A DNA stretch of 64,000 nt from an uncultured Candidatus Saccharibacteria bacterium (GCA_964598205.1 CAZRBB010000001.1:92199-156198); one strand, 5' to 3'; numbered from the stretch's first letter, positions 1-7,387 are shown. Notes: generated from the sequence alone by a model not told the origin. Made by a program: numbers and translations.

Positions 1-1
1 A

Positions 2-370
2 CGAGACGAAGCGCGCATTAACGGTGGCTATGGTCCTTGTGGGCGGGAGCTTTGTTGCTTAAAATTTGGTGGTGCATTAAAAAGCATCAATACGGAAATG
101 GCCAAGATGCAGCAAATAACTCACCGTGGAAGCGAACGGATTTCTGGTTGTTGTGGTCGTTTAATCTGTTGCCTTTCTTATGAATTAGAAAATTACGAAG
201 AAATCTTAAAAAAAATGCCCCAGGCCGGAGATCCGGTAAGAACTAGGGATGGAGAGGGGATGGTGAGAAATATTAAAGTTTTACAAAAAAAAGTGTTAGT
301 AGAATTTGGAGATAAAAAAAGAGAAGAAAAATGGTTCGATCTTTCGGAAATAAAGATTCAAGAAAAATAG
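2..370 (+). CDS. ricT: PSP1/YaaT (RicT)-family protein, 5' truncated by window edge
   Basis: Frame open from nt 2: RDEARINGGYGPCGRELCC...ISGCCGRLICCLSYE, the two Cys clusters of the PSP1 C-terminal domain. Confidence 0.85.
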   Translation, partial: RDEARINGGYGPCGRELCCLKFGGALKSINTEMAKMQQITHRGSERISGCCGRLICCLSYELENYEEILKKMPQAGDPVRTRDGEGMVRNIKVLQKKVLVEFGDKKREEKWFDLSEIKIQEK

Positions 371-389
371 TTCATTTCTTAAAAATTTT

Positions 390-464
390 TGGGGAGTAGC
401 CAAGCGGTAAGGCAACGGGTTCTGGTCCCGTCATGCGGGGGTTCGAATCCCTCTTCCCCAGCCA
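390..464 (+). tRNA. tRNA-Gln(CTG)
   Basis: TGGGGAG acceptor, anticodon arm ACGGG-TTCTGGT-CCCGT, GTTCGAATCC T-loop, encoded CCA. Confidence 0.96.
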
Positions 465-504
465 GATATATAAAAACCTTCATCCGAGGGTTTTTATATA
501 TCTG
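463..504 (+). terminator. 19-bp hairpin directly after tRNA-Gln
   Basis: CAGATATATAAAAACCTTC-ATCC-GAGGGTTTTTATATATCTG, one G-U pair. Confidence 0.65.
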
Positions 505-654
505 CTTGAGCAAACGAGGAGAGGCGAACACGAAGGGGGTTGGGGAAACTGTAGTTTCCCCGTTGGGGGTGACAGCGACCCCGCCTTTAGACGGGGGAGC
601 GCCAGAGGGCGGAAGCCCTATGGAGAGCGAGTGAAACGAGCGAGTTCGAATCCC
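505..654 (+). repeat. tRNA-linked GC-rich structured element, copy A
   Basis: Hairpins GGGGAAAC-TGTA-GTTTCCCC, GGGGT...ACCCC, AGGGC-GGAA-GCCCT; ends in GTTCGAATCCC (644-654), identical to the tRNA-Gln T-arm (441-451). Confidence 0.65.
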
Positions 655-817
655 AGCCTAGTTCCCGATCGTAATATTCTAGCCATTGTCAATCGCTTTC
701 TTGTCTGATTGTAAAAATCAAACAAGCCTTTTTGTCGTTAAAAGTACCGAATTGGGAAATAAAAAAATCTCGTATTTTTTGGTTGGTAAGTCCGGCAGAT
801 GTTAGTAATAACTTCAT
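655..817 (-). pseudogene. Truncated peptidase S51 (peptidase E-like) remnant
   Basis: MKLLLTSAGLTN N-terminus typical of S51; in-frame TGA at 689-691, then QWLEYYDREL, cut off at the T-arm copy. Confidence 0.65.
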
Positions 818-982
818 ACAATAAAACAATTTCATTTGTTTTATTGTATCACAAGCCCCACTAAGATAGAGTAGAAAAAACAACCACTATCTCTTAACAT
901 TTTAATAATTTAAGCGTACAATCGTCACTTATAGAATACAAAAAAGGTTCTTACAATCAATCAGCAGTAGTAGGAGGTGTCT

Positions 983-1276
983 ATGTTCAGAGAACTGGTA
1001 AGGACATTTTTCCCACCTAGAGTCACCGACGAGCAATTAAAAAACCTTGTCAAAAAATCCGACGGTGCCTGGAAAAAGATGTTCCCCGAAAGGATGTCCA
1101 TGATTGGCTGGGAATGCGCAGCCTGCATGGTGGTTATGGACATTGTCAGCGTATTCAGCCGGCAACACAATTCTAATCATCAACACTCTCCGATCGAAAA
1201 CGGGGCCTTCACTAAAAAGCAGATCTATGTCTGCCCCAAGTGTGGGTGCTTTAAAAATGTTTTTCCAAACAATTAA
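983..1276 (+). CDS. Small orphan protein with zinc-ribbon-like CxxC...CxxC
   Basis: AGGAGG at 972-977 before ATG 983; WECAAC and YVCPKCG. Confidence 0.7.
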   Translation: MFRELVRTFFPPRVTDEQLKNLVKKSDGAWKKMFPERMSMIGWECAACMVVMDIVSVFSRQHNSNHQHSPIENGAFTKKQIYVCPKCGCFKNVFPNN

Positions 1277-1286
1277 AACCAACAGT

Positions 1287-1350
1287 GGCAGGAAGGCTGA
1301 TGCTTCTTCTCTTTTAAAAAAGAGTTAAGGAATCTATCGCTTTTCTTGCC
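1287..1350 (+). terminator. Long imperfect hairpin after the orphan gene
   Basis: GGCAGGAAGGC...GCTTTTCTTGCC with inner CTCTTT/AAAGAG stem. Confidence 0.5.
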
Positions 1351-1456
1351 TTACCCTAGAGATTATATTTTAAGCTCCGAGGTAAGGTAGAACTAGGAAA
1401 ATTCCAAAGAACAGTTTAATCTTTGCAAAATAAAACCTTTTAACTTTCCTACAATC

Positions 1457-1672
1457 CTAACTCATCACTAACTCGCATTCCCGCACCAAATATCGATTGC
1501 ACTTGGCCGCAAAAGATTTGCTTTTGAATTTCTTTTTTAAACTTGCCAGTTTTACGCTGGCTAATTTTTTATCTGGCGGAATTAATGCCGAAGCAATAAT
1601 GATTCCGGTCAGTGTTTCTGCCGCCACCAAGCAATGCTCTATTTTAATTTCTCGTTTTTTATTTTGTAATAA
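1457..1672 (-). pseudogene. C-terminal remnant of an HDIG-type HD-domain phosphohydrolase
   Basis: Start-less frame EHCLVAAETLTGIIIASALIPPDKKLASVKLASLKKKFKSKSFAAKCNR...ECE matches the family C-terminal pattern; upstream part interrupted by stops. Confidence 0.7.
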
Positions 1673-1856
1673 TTATATTTTTTAGCGATTAACGCTTAAT
1701 AATTCGCCAATCGTTATTCTACCATTCAATAATATTTTCTTTAAAAATCCCCAGTACAGATCAAATCCAAAAGTTATTTTTTATGCTATTATACTTATTG
1801 ATTCAAGAAATATGTTCCAAGTCGCGTAAGTCCTTATTGATCATTAACCAAATTAT

Positions 1857-3122
1857 ATGGCTTACGAAAGTAAAACTTTTGGTCCTAGAATAAAAAGAAT
1901 CAACATCGGTCCCAAAGAAGAGGATCCTTCTAAAGAAAAAAGCCTTTCCGAACTTCTTACCGACCCTGGATCCCAAAAAATTACTACTGCTATCCTAGAA
2001 GCTTCCCACCAAGATCTTTCAGAAAAATTGGTTGCTGGTGCTACTTTTGGAGAAGGAGAGCTAAAAGAAGGGGAAACCGCTCAACAAGAAATTATTACGG
2101 CTCAAAAAAAGATAGAAAGATTAAAAAGTATCTTTAAAAATAAAAGATTTCTAGACCAGGCATTGGGCTCCGATCCTCTATTAAAAGCTTGTCGGTCTAG
2201 TCTGGGAGACAATATGATTGGCGAACTTTTTAATGATGATTATCTTTTAGACCTTTACATTAAAGATCCGGCTACTTTTGGATTATTAGATCAAACTGCC
2301 GAAACAAATGAAAAAACCGAAGAATTATATCAGCGCCAAGAGAAAGATTTAGACCAAGAATTCAAAAGCTTTAAGCATTGCAGTGGATTCCTACCAAGCG
2401 AATTAAAAACCATTGCCTGCCAAAGAGATCTAAAAGAAAGAGCAAAAATAATAAACAAAACAATCGATCGGCATCTTCCTATTGGTGGAATTAAGAATTT
2501 TTTAAACAAAAGAATTCAAAAACGGATTGGCGTTTCTCCTTACGCAGAAATTAGAAAAAAAGATAATCATCGAGCAGAAATCACCGCAATTGCCCAAAAG
2601 GTAGATGATCTTGCCAATAGAATAGAAAATGATTTAGCCAAAGATCAATTGGGATATTTTCAGGGAATTACCAATATTTTGGCTCAAAATAGTGATTGGC
2701 AGGCGCATGTCTTAGAAAAGAGCAACGAAGCCTTGAATGGTCGTCCAAAAATTGAGCAAGAAATGACCTACAAAACAGCGGCCAATTTTTTAACCGCCGA
2801 AGGACAAGAAAGGAAGCGGAATGATTGGAAAAGCGCCAAACTAATTATTGCCAGAGGAACGCTAAAAGACAAACTAATAGCAGCCGGAGTTGTTGATCCG
2901 GCAATCCTTCAAGATGATCTCACAGAAAATGAACTGGCAGCGTATTGGAATAATGCCGGAGACATTAATGCTACCGCGGTTGATTTTAGAGGTACTAATC
3001 TTGATTTAAGTAGCGACAATTCCCTAGATCAAGAAAGAGATAACTTTTTAAAAAGCTCTCCCCAAAGCAATGGCTTTTGGTTTAAAATAATGAAGTTATT
3101 TTTTGACAGCATACTAGATTAA
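1857..3122 (+). CDS. Hypothetical helical protein, 421 aa
   Basis: Long ORF, no recognised motif. Confidence 0.75.
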   Translation: MAYESKTFGPRIKRINIGPKEEDPSKEKSLSELLTDPGSQKITTAILEASHQDLSEKLVAGATFGEGELKEGETAQQEIITAQKKIERLKSIFKNKRFLDQALGSDPLLKACRSSLGDNMIGELFNDDYLLDLYIKDPATFGLLDQTAETNEKTEELYQRQEKDLDQEFKSFKHCSGFLPSELKTIACQRDLKERAKIINKTIDRHLPIGGIKNFLNKRIQKRIGVSPYAEIRKKDNHRAEITAIAQKVDDLANRIENDLAKDQLGYFQGITNILAQNSDWQAHVLEKSNEALNGRPKIEQEMTYKTAANFLTAEGQERKRNDWKSAKLIIARGTLKDKLIAAGVVDPAILQDDLTENELAAYWNNAGDINATAVDFRGTNLDLSSDNSLDQERDNFLKSSPQSNGFWFKIMKLFFDSILD

Positions 3123-3136
3123 ATTGATTTTTAAAA

Positions 3137-3412
3137 ATGAACGATCTTTTTTTAGAAGCCGGGAATAAGGAAAAATTATTGGAATCAATAATCAGCGGAA
3201 CAGAAGAGGAAACCAAGGATTTTTTGGTTAAAAATATTTCTAGTCTTTCTCCTTCTGTTCAAAGAGAGTTAATTATCTTTCTCTTAAAAGAAAAATCAAA
3301 AAAAGACATTGTTAATGCTAATGACCTAGCCGATCGCCTAGGTCAAGTAGAAGCCCTAAAAGAATTGAGTCAGAAATTAAAAGAACGAGCCGAAAAAGAA
3401 GAGGAGAACTAA
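3137..3412 (+). CDS. Hypothetical protein, 91 aa
   Basis: 14 nt after previous ORF, same strand, plausible composition. Confidence 0.7.
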   Translation: MNDLFLEAGNKEKLLESIISGTEEETKDFLVKNISSLSPSVQRELIIFLLKEKSKKDIVNANDLADRLGQVEALKELSQKLKERAEKEEEN

Positions 3413-3432
3413 TTTTCTCCTAAAAGATATTT

Positions 3433-4287
3433 TTAACCAAAAACTAATTTACAAAAATCGCAAGGTGAATAAAGGCCCTCTTTTGGAGTGCTTTTTTTAA
3501 CTAAAAAAATCTTTTTAGTATTGATGCGGGAGTATTGGTTTTTAATCATTGCCGGATCTTTAAATTTATCTGCACTTCCAAAGTTGGCATCTCTTAAGTG
3601 AGCCAAGAAGTGGCAAAAAGCCAATTTATTTTCCGCATTAACAAAGGCTCTTTCAAAGCGCAAATAAGTGCAACGGTTTAGGGGATTCCAACCGTTTTCC
3701 CATTGAATATTTTTACCACAACCAGCATCTTCAAAGGTTTTTCTGGCTTGATTAAAAATTTCTTGGGTGATTTTTTCTTTGCCGTTCTGATGGTTAATAA
3801 TTGAAAAACAAAATTTTTCTTTTTTAACTTGTTCGGCGAACGCTCTTAAATAGGGATAACTTTGACTATCTAGTATTAAGAAATAATTTAAATTTATTTT
3901 CTCTTCTTTTTTGAATTGATTTGTGTCTTTAATTCCTTCTAAGCAAGAAGCATCTTTTTTATTGGGGTAAAGGTAGATAGTGTAAGACAGCCGAGGGTCG
4001 TTCCCCAATAATTCCAAGTAGCGAGGGAATAAATAAGGAAAAGTAAAAATTCCTACGCTCAAGCCAAGATCCAAAAATTTTTCAACGGCTTTGCTAAATT
4101 GTGGGTAAAGAATCGGCTCACCAACTCCTCTTAAAAGTACTTGTTTTAATTCCGGTTCGCTTTTTTTTATTTCACTTATAAAGTTAAGCAGTTTTCCTAA
4201 ATCAATATGTTTTTTAGGAGCTTGGGGATAAAAAACTTCTCCCATTCCACCAACAGTAGTTAGTTCTACTTCTAATGTCTTAATCAT
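3433..4287 (-). CDS. Radical-SAM-fold protein lacking CxxxCxxC, with SPASM/twitch-like C-terminal Cys
   Basis: ELTT then VGGMGEVFYP in place of the Cys motif; GVGEPILYP; C-terminal RC...AFC...PCDFC. Confidence 0.75.
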   Translation of the reverse strand: MIKTLEVELTTVGGMGEVFYPQAPKKHIDLGKLLNFISEIKKSEPELKQVLLRGVGEPILYPQFSKAVEKFLDLGLSVGIFTFPYLFPRYLELLGNDPRLSYTIYLYPNKKDASCLEGIKDTNQFKKEEKINLNYFLILDSQSYPYLRAFAEQVKKEKFCFSIINHQNGKEKITQEIFNQARKTFEDAGCGKNIQWENGWNPLNRCTYLRFERAFVNAENKLAFCHFLAHLRDANFGSADKFKDPAMIKNQYSRINTKKIFLVKKSTPKEGLYSPCDFCKLVFG

Positions 4288-4372
4288 TTTTGATTTTTTG
4301 TTTAGATATTTCTAAGAACTTATGCCTACTCTATCACAATTTGATTTTTTCGTCTGGCCATAAACTATAATT

Positions 4373-4420
4373 TAAAAAGACTCCCAGTGGAGTCTTTTTA
4401 AGCAGTAGCCCTAAGGGGAA
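4373..4420 (-). repeat. Distal copy of tRNA-Glu 3' end (att-like) with terminator hairpin
   Basis: CAGTAGCCCTAAGGGGAA 4403-4420 identical to 6683-6700; hairpin TAAAAAGACTCC-CAGT-GGAGTCTTTTTA 4373-4400. Confidence 0.85.
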
Positions 4421-4532
4421 GCAGTTGGAACCAGGTGATTGCAGAATTAGGATTTTTCCATGAACGGAAAGATTTATGGAAAAATTAGACTTCTTGCAAG
4501 TCGGAAAATTTACCAAAAAAAAGAAACAATGA

Positions 4533-6320
4533 TCAGTTATCCTTCACAATCAACTCCCTTAAGTCAATAATCACAACATTTTCGTTTCTAAAAACCTCTC
4601 CTTTTAATTTTTCTTTTCTTCTCTTGTTATTTTTTAAGAGAATAAACCTAATTTTGTTATTGTAATAGAGTTTCAATGCGTAGTCCTCGTAAAGGTCTAT
4701 GTATTCGTCAAACTCCTTCTTGTTTTTGCTTGCGGATAATGGCGTTCGGGAGATGTATCCACTAGGGATTTTTTTTTCATGAAAGGTTTGGTAGTAGAGC
4801 GTTTCTGTTTTTCCATTCACTTTATCAACAATATTAAAATCATTATCTTCTTTAACAATATTTAGATATTCGGGAAATACATCCGCCTCGGTTGTATAAA
4901 TCTTCGCCGGCAGTAATTCGACTATTCCAACAATAACAAACAAGTAGATTATTATTTTTTTACAGGAACAACTAGAGTTCGATAAATATCGGTAGAAATA
5001 AGCAAAAACTATACTCAATGACAAAACCGAGACCAAAAAGTACCTTATTGGTGCTCTTGAAATTTCCAAAACAGGAATTATTTTTTTCAGAATATAATAG
5101 GGGGTATAGATAATTTCAAAATCATTTGCGTTGAATTTAATTACGGTACCCAAAGACAAAAGAAAGAACAAGACAAAAAGAGTTATCCAAAAGTATATTC
5201 CGAATGTTTCTTTGGGATTCAGGTTTGAAATTTTTTTTCTGAAAATGAAGCATACAAAAAAGATCACAATCAACAGATTGCCCGGATAAACTGAGCTATC
5301 CGCAATATTTTCGAATTTTTTCCAATGCCAAGAAGTGAATTCTCTGAATCTAGAAGCCCCTCCATAGATAAAAGGAGAAAGAACATCTAAGGAATACTTG
5401 GTTGTGGTATTGGACTTTGTTTCCAGGGGGTCATGTATTATGTTTTTAAAGAAACTACCAACAAAGATTGCCGAAGTTAATAATGTAGTCACGATTAAAA
5501 AAATAATTTGTTTTTTATAGATTTTTAGAAAATCGATAAAATAACTATAAGTTTTTTTTATGTTGTTTTTTTTCAGCTTAATAATCAAGAGATAGAAAAC
5601 ACCAGTAAGGGCTAAGAGTAAACAGATAAATCCATAAAAAAGATCAGCTGTCAGTGAAAAGAATAACGACACAGACATAAGCAAGGAATTCTTGTATGAA
5701 GGTTTTTTCACAAACAAAATAAAAGACAAGAGGAATAAAGGAATAAATTGAGTAGAGAGTAAATTTAAATGGCCCTGCAAATGAGCAAAGCGGTATCCTG
5801 TAAAAGAAAAGAAATAACCAGACCAAAAACTACCCCAATAAGACCTTGTCAGATAAAAAGACAAATACATTGTAAATAAGCCGCTTAGAATAAAAGTCAG
5901 TATTACAATTAAATTGTAGGCCTGGTTCAGCTTCAGAAAGGCGAGAAGGGGGATGGCTATTGCTCCATTATAAATTGAAAGTGTATGTCCCCAAAGGTGG
6001 GTACCGCTTGGATAATAGAGATAATCTGTATAAAATGGATTTTGAAATAATTCGGTAATGGATTTATTGACCCACCATATATTCCATGCATTTTGCAAAC
6101 CATCTCCTCCATCCCCAAAAAAGTGGGTGTTGAATTGTCTTATGGCTGGATAAGTCAACATTATAAATCCAAGGAAATACAACAATCCGGGTAAAATAAA
6201 AAATTTTAGAATCCTATGAATCATAAATCTATTAGTTAAAAAATAAATTTTTAAGCAATAATGATCAAAATTATAAAAACCAGACTGAGTAATCCATTCT
6301 ACCTTAATGTCGCCAAACAT
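4533..6320 (-). CDS. Polytopic membrane GT-C glycosyltransferase (YfhO-like); true start may be ~6224
   Basis: Many TM segments; GDGGDGLQNAWNIWW, YYPSG, RFAHLQGHLNL, SRAPIRY, YYQTFHEK..GYISR motifs. Confidence 0.75.
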   Translation of the reverse strand: MFGDIKVEWITQSGFYNFDHYCLKIYFLTNRFMIHRILKFFILPGLLYFLGFIMLTYPAIRQFNTHFFGDGGDGLQNAWNIWWVNKSITELFQNPFYTDYLYYPSGTHLWGHTLSIYNGAIAIPLLAFLKLNQAYNLIVILTFILSGLFTMYLSFYLTRSYWGSFWSGYFFSFTGYRFAHLQGHLNLLSTQFIPLFLLSFILFVKKPSYKNSLLMSVSLFFSLTADLFYGFICLLLALTGVFYLLIIKLKKNNIKKTYSYFIDFLKIYKKQIIFLIVTTLLTSAIFVGSFFKNIIHDPLETKSNTTTKYSLDVLSPFIYGGASRFREFTSWHWKKFENIADSSVYPGNLLIVIFFVCFIFRKKISNLNPKETFGIYFWITLFVLFFLLSLGTVIKFNANDFEIIYTPYYILKKIIPVLEISRAPIRYFLVSVLSLSIVFAYFYRYLSNSSCSCKKIIIYLFVIVGIVELLPAKIYTTEADVFPEYLNIVKEDNDFNIVDKVNGKTETLYYQTFHEKKIPSGYISRTPLSASKNKKEFDEYIDLYEDYALKLYYNNKIRFILLKNNKRRKEKLKGEVFRNENVVIIDLRELIVKDN

Positions 6321-6492
6321 TAACTTAAGGAAAAAATAAAACCCATGGAAAAATCAGACTTCTTACTTATTTTTTGGATAGTTTATTTTGGCATCTAACA
6401 CATTTTTTATTTTATCATTCAAGCCGGAAAATAAACAACCAAAAAGATTTCTGATTCAAAAAAGGCTCCGCAGAATAGAGTCTTATTTAAAT

Positions 6493-6510
6493 TGGTAGCC
6501 CTAAGGGGAA
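6493..6510 (-). repeat. Middle copy of tRNA-Glu 3' end, with encoded CCA
   Basis: TGGTAGCCCTAAGGGGAA; 16 bp identical to the tRNA 3' end. Confidence 0.85.
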
Positions 6511-6646
6511 ATCTCACTGCTCGGTCATCTTCGCTTTACTTCGATGACCTGCGCTTTGGAACCTTGCGGTTCCAATACCTCCACCACGGGAAACCTCACG
6601 GTTTCTAGGACCCTATCCCTTTCGCTTCCTACTTAAGACCAAAGTC
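6511..6646 (-). repeat. tRNA-linked GC-rich structured element, copy B
   Basis: Minus-strand hairpins GAAACC-GTGA-GGTTTC, TTGGAACC-GCAA-GGTTCCAA, GGTCATC...GATGACC; core resembles 505-654. Confidence 0.65.
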
Positions 6647-6681
6647 AATAAAAAAAGACACCCAAGGTGTCTTTTTTTATT
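6647..6681 (-). terminator. Hairpin terminator after tRNA-Glu
   Basis: AATAAAAAAAGACACC-CAA-GGTGTCTTTTTTTATT. Confidence 0.75.
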
Positions 6682-6685
6682 ACAG

Positions 6686-6757
6686 TAGCCCTAAGGGGAA
6701 TCGAACCCCTGTTACCAGGATGAAAACCTGGTGTCCTAACCACTAGACGATAGGGCC
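6686..6757 (-). tRNA. tRNA-Glu(TTC)
   Basis: GGCCCTA acceptor, CCAGG-TTTTCAT-CCTGG anticodon arm, GGTTCGATTCC; no encoded CCA. Confidence 0.96.
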
Positions 6758-6855
6758 AAAATAACGCAAAAAATATTTCTGTTAGGGAATAAAAACTAAA
6801 AATAAAAACGCATTCCCGAGCGTTTTTTAAACTTAAACTAAAACTTAAAAAAAAT

Positions 6856-6988
6856 CCAGGGAACTTCTCTGGTCTCTGTGAAGCTTGAAGCTTTTTAGGC
6901 AAAGCAAGACAGGAACAAGGTGGAGCGAGGCCCGGTCGAGGCCGAGCGTACTCCGAGAAGGATATCGGCATGAGAAAAGATTTCTTGG
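6856..6988 (+). ncRNA. Unassigned structured RNA candidate
   Basis: GC-rich intergenic island; ends pair (CCAGGGAACTTCTCT / AGAAAAGATTTCTTGG); internal hairpins. Confidence 0.4.
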
Positions 6989-7009
6989 CCTGAATTTTCC
7001 TACCACCTA

Positions 7010-7040
7010 TTGACTAAAAGTAATGTTTATGTTATAGAAT
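7010..7040 (+). promoter_or_regulatory. Sigma70-like promoter
   Basis: TTGACT, 17 nt, TATAGA preceded by TG (extended -10). Confidence 0.6.
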
Positions 7041-7078
7041 AAGCGTAGTGCAATCTTAACAAAGGGAGGTCGTATGAT

Positions 7079-7300
7079 ATGATCAGAGAAATAAGAATCT
7101 CATTACCCTCTGAATGTGGCTATATCTTCAGAGTGGGAGCAGAGAAGATGTTCGGTGGCGGAGCGAGGGGAAGAATTATCGCTCCTAACTTTATGGTCCT
7201 AAACCAAGAGAAGAGAAGTTCCTCCTTAGGGCCGTTGATGCAGAGCTCTGCGATGAAAACCCTAAAAGCGAAAGGAGCAACAATTTCGATAGTTGCCTAA
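7079..7300 (+). CDS. Small orphan protein, 73 aa
   Basis: Own promoter, GGGAGG at 7064-7069, downstream hairpin. Confidence 0.55.
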   Translation: MIREIRISLPSECGYIFRVGAEKMFGGGARGRIIAPNFMVLNQEKRSSSLGPLMQSSAMKTLKAKGATISIVA

Positions 7301-7320
7301 GCCTAAGAATGGCAATTATC

Positions 7321-7387
7321 AAAGGCCCGTGGTCGTTTGTCTTGATTAATCCTAATCAAAAAAAAGACAAACACCGCGGGTTCTTTT
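7321..7387 (+). terminator. Long hairpin/terminator
   Basis: CCCGTGGT-CGTTTGTCTT-GATTA...TAATC...AAGACAAAC-ACCGCGGG followed by TTCTTTT. Confidence 0.6.

Larger units (their letters stand above)
4403..6700. mobile_element. Integrase-less mini-island at tRNA-Glu
   Basis: Bounded by 18-bp direct repeats of the tRNA 3' end; AT-rich cargo gene. Confidence 0.6.

Noticed and set aside
689-691. In-frame TGA suggesting stop-codon reassignment (code 25 or 4)
   Set aside because: TGA ends intact genes such as porB, htpX and rnhB at expected positions; this is a pseudogene lesion.
389-708. ORFs 389-634 and 433-708
   Set aside because: They overlap tRNA-Gln and the GC-rich structured element; open by chance.
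1287-1350. Long hairpins after orphan genes as integron attC sites
   Set aside because: No RYYYAAC...GTTRRRY boundaries visible and no integron integrase in the window.
6645-6971. 108-aa minus-strand ORF
   Set aside because: Runs through tRNA-Glu and the ncRNA candidate; not a credible protein.
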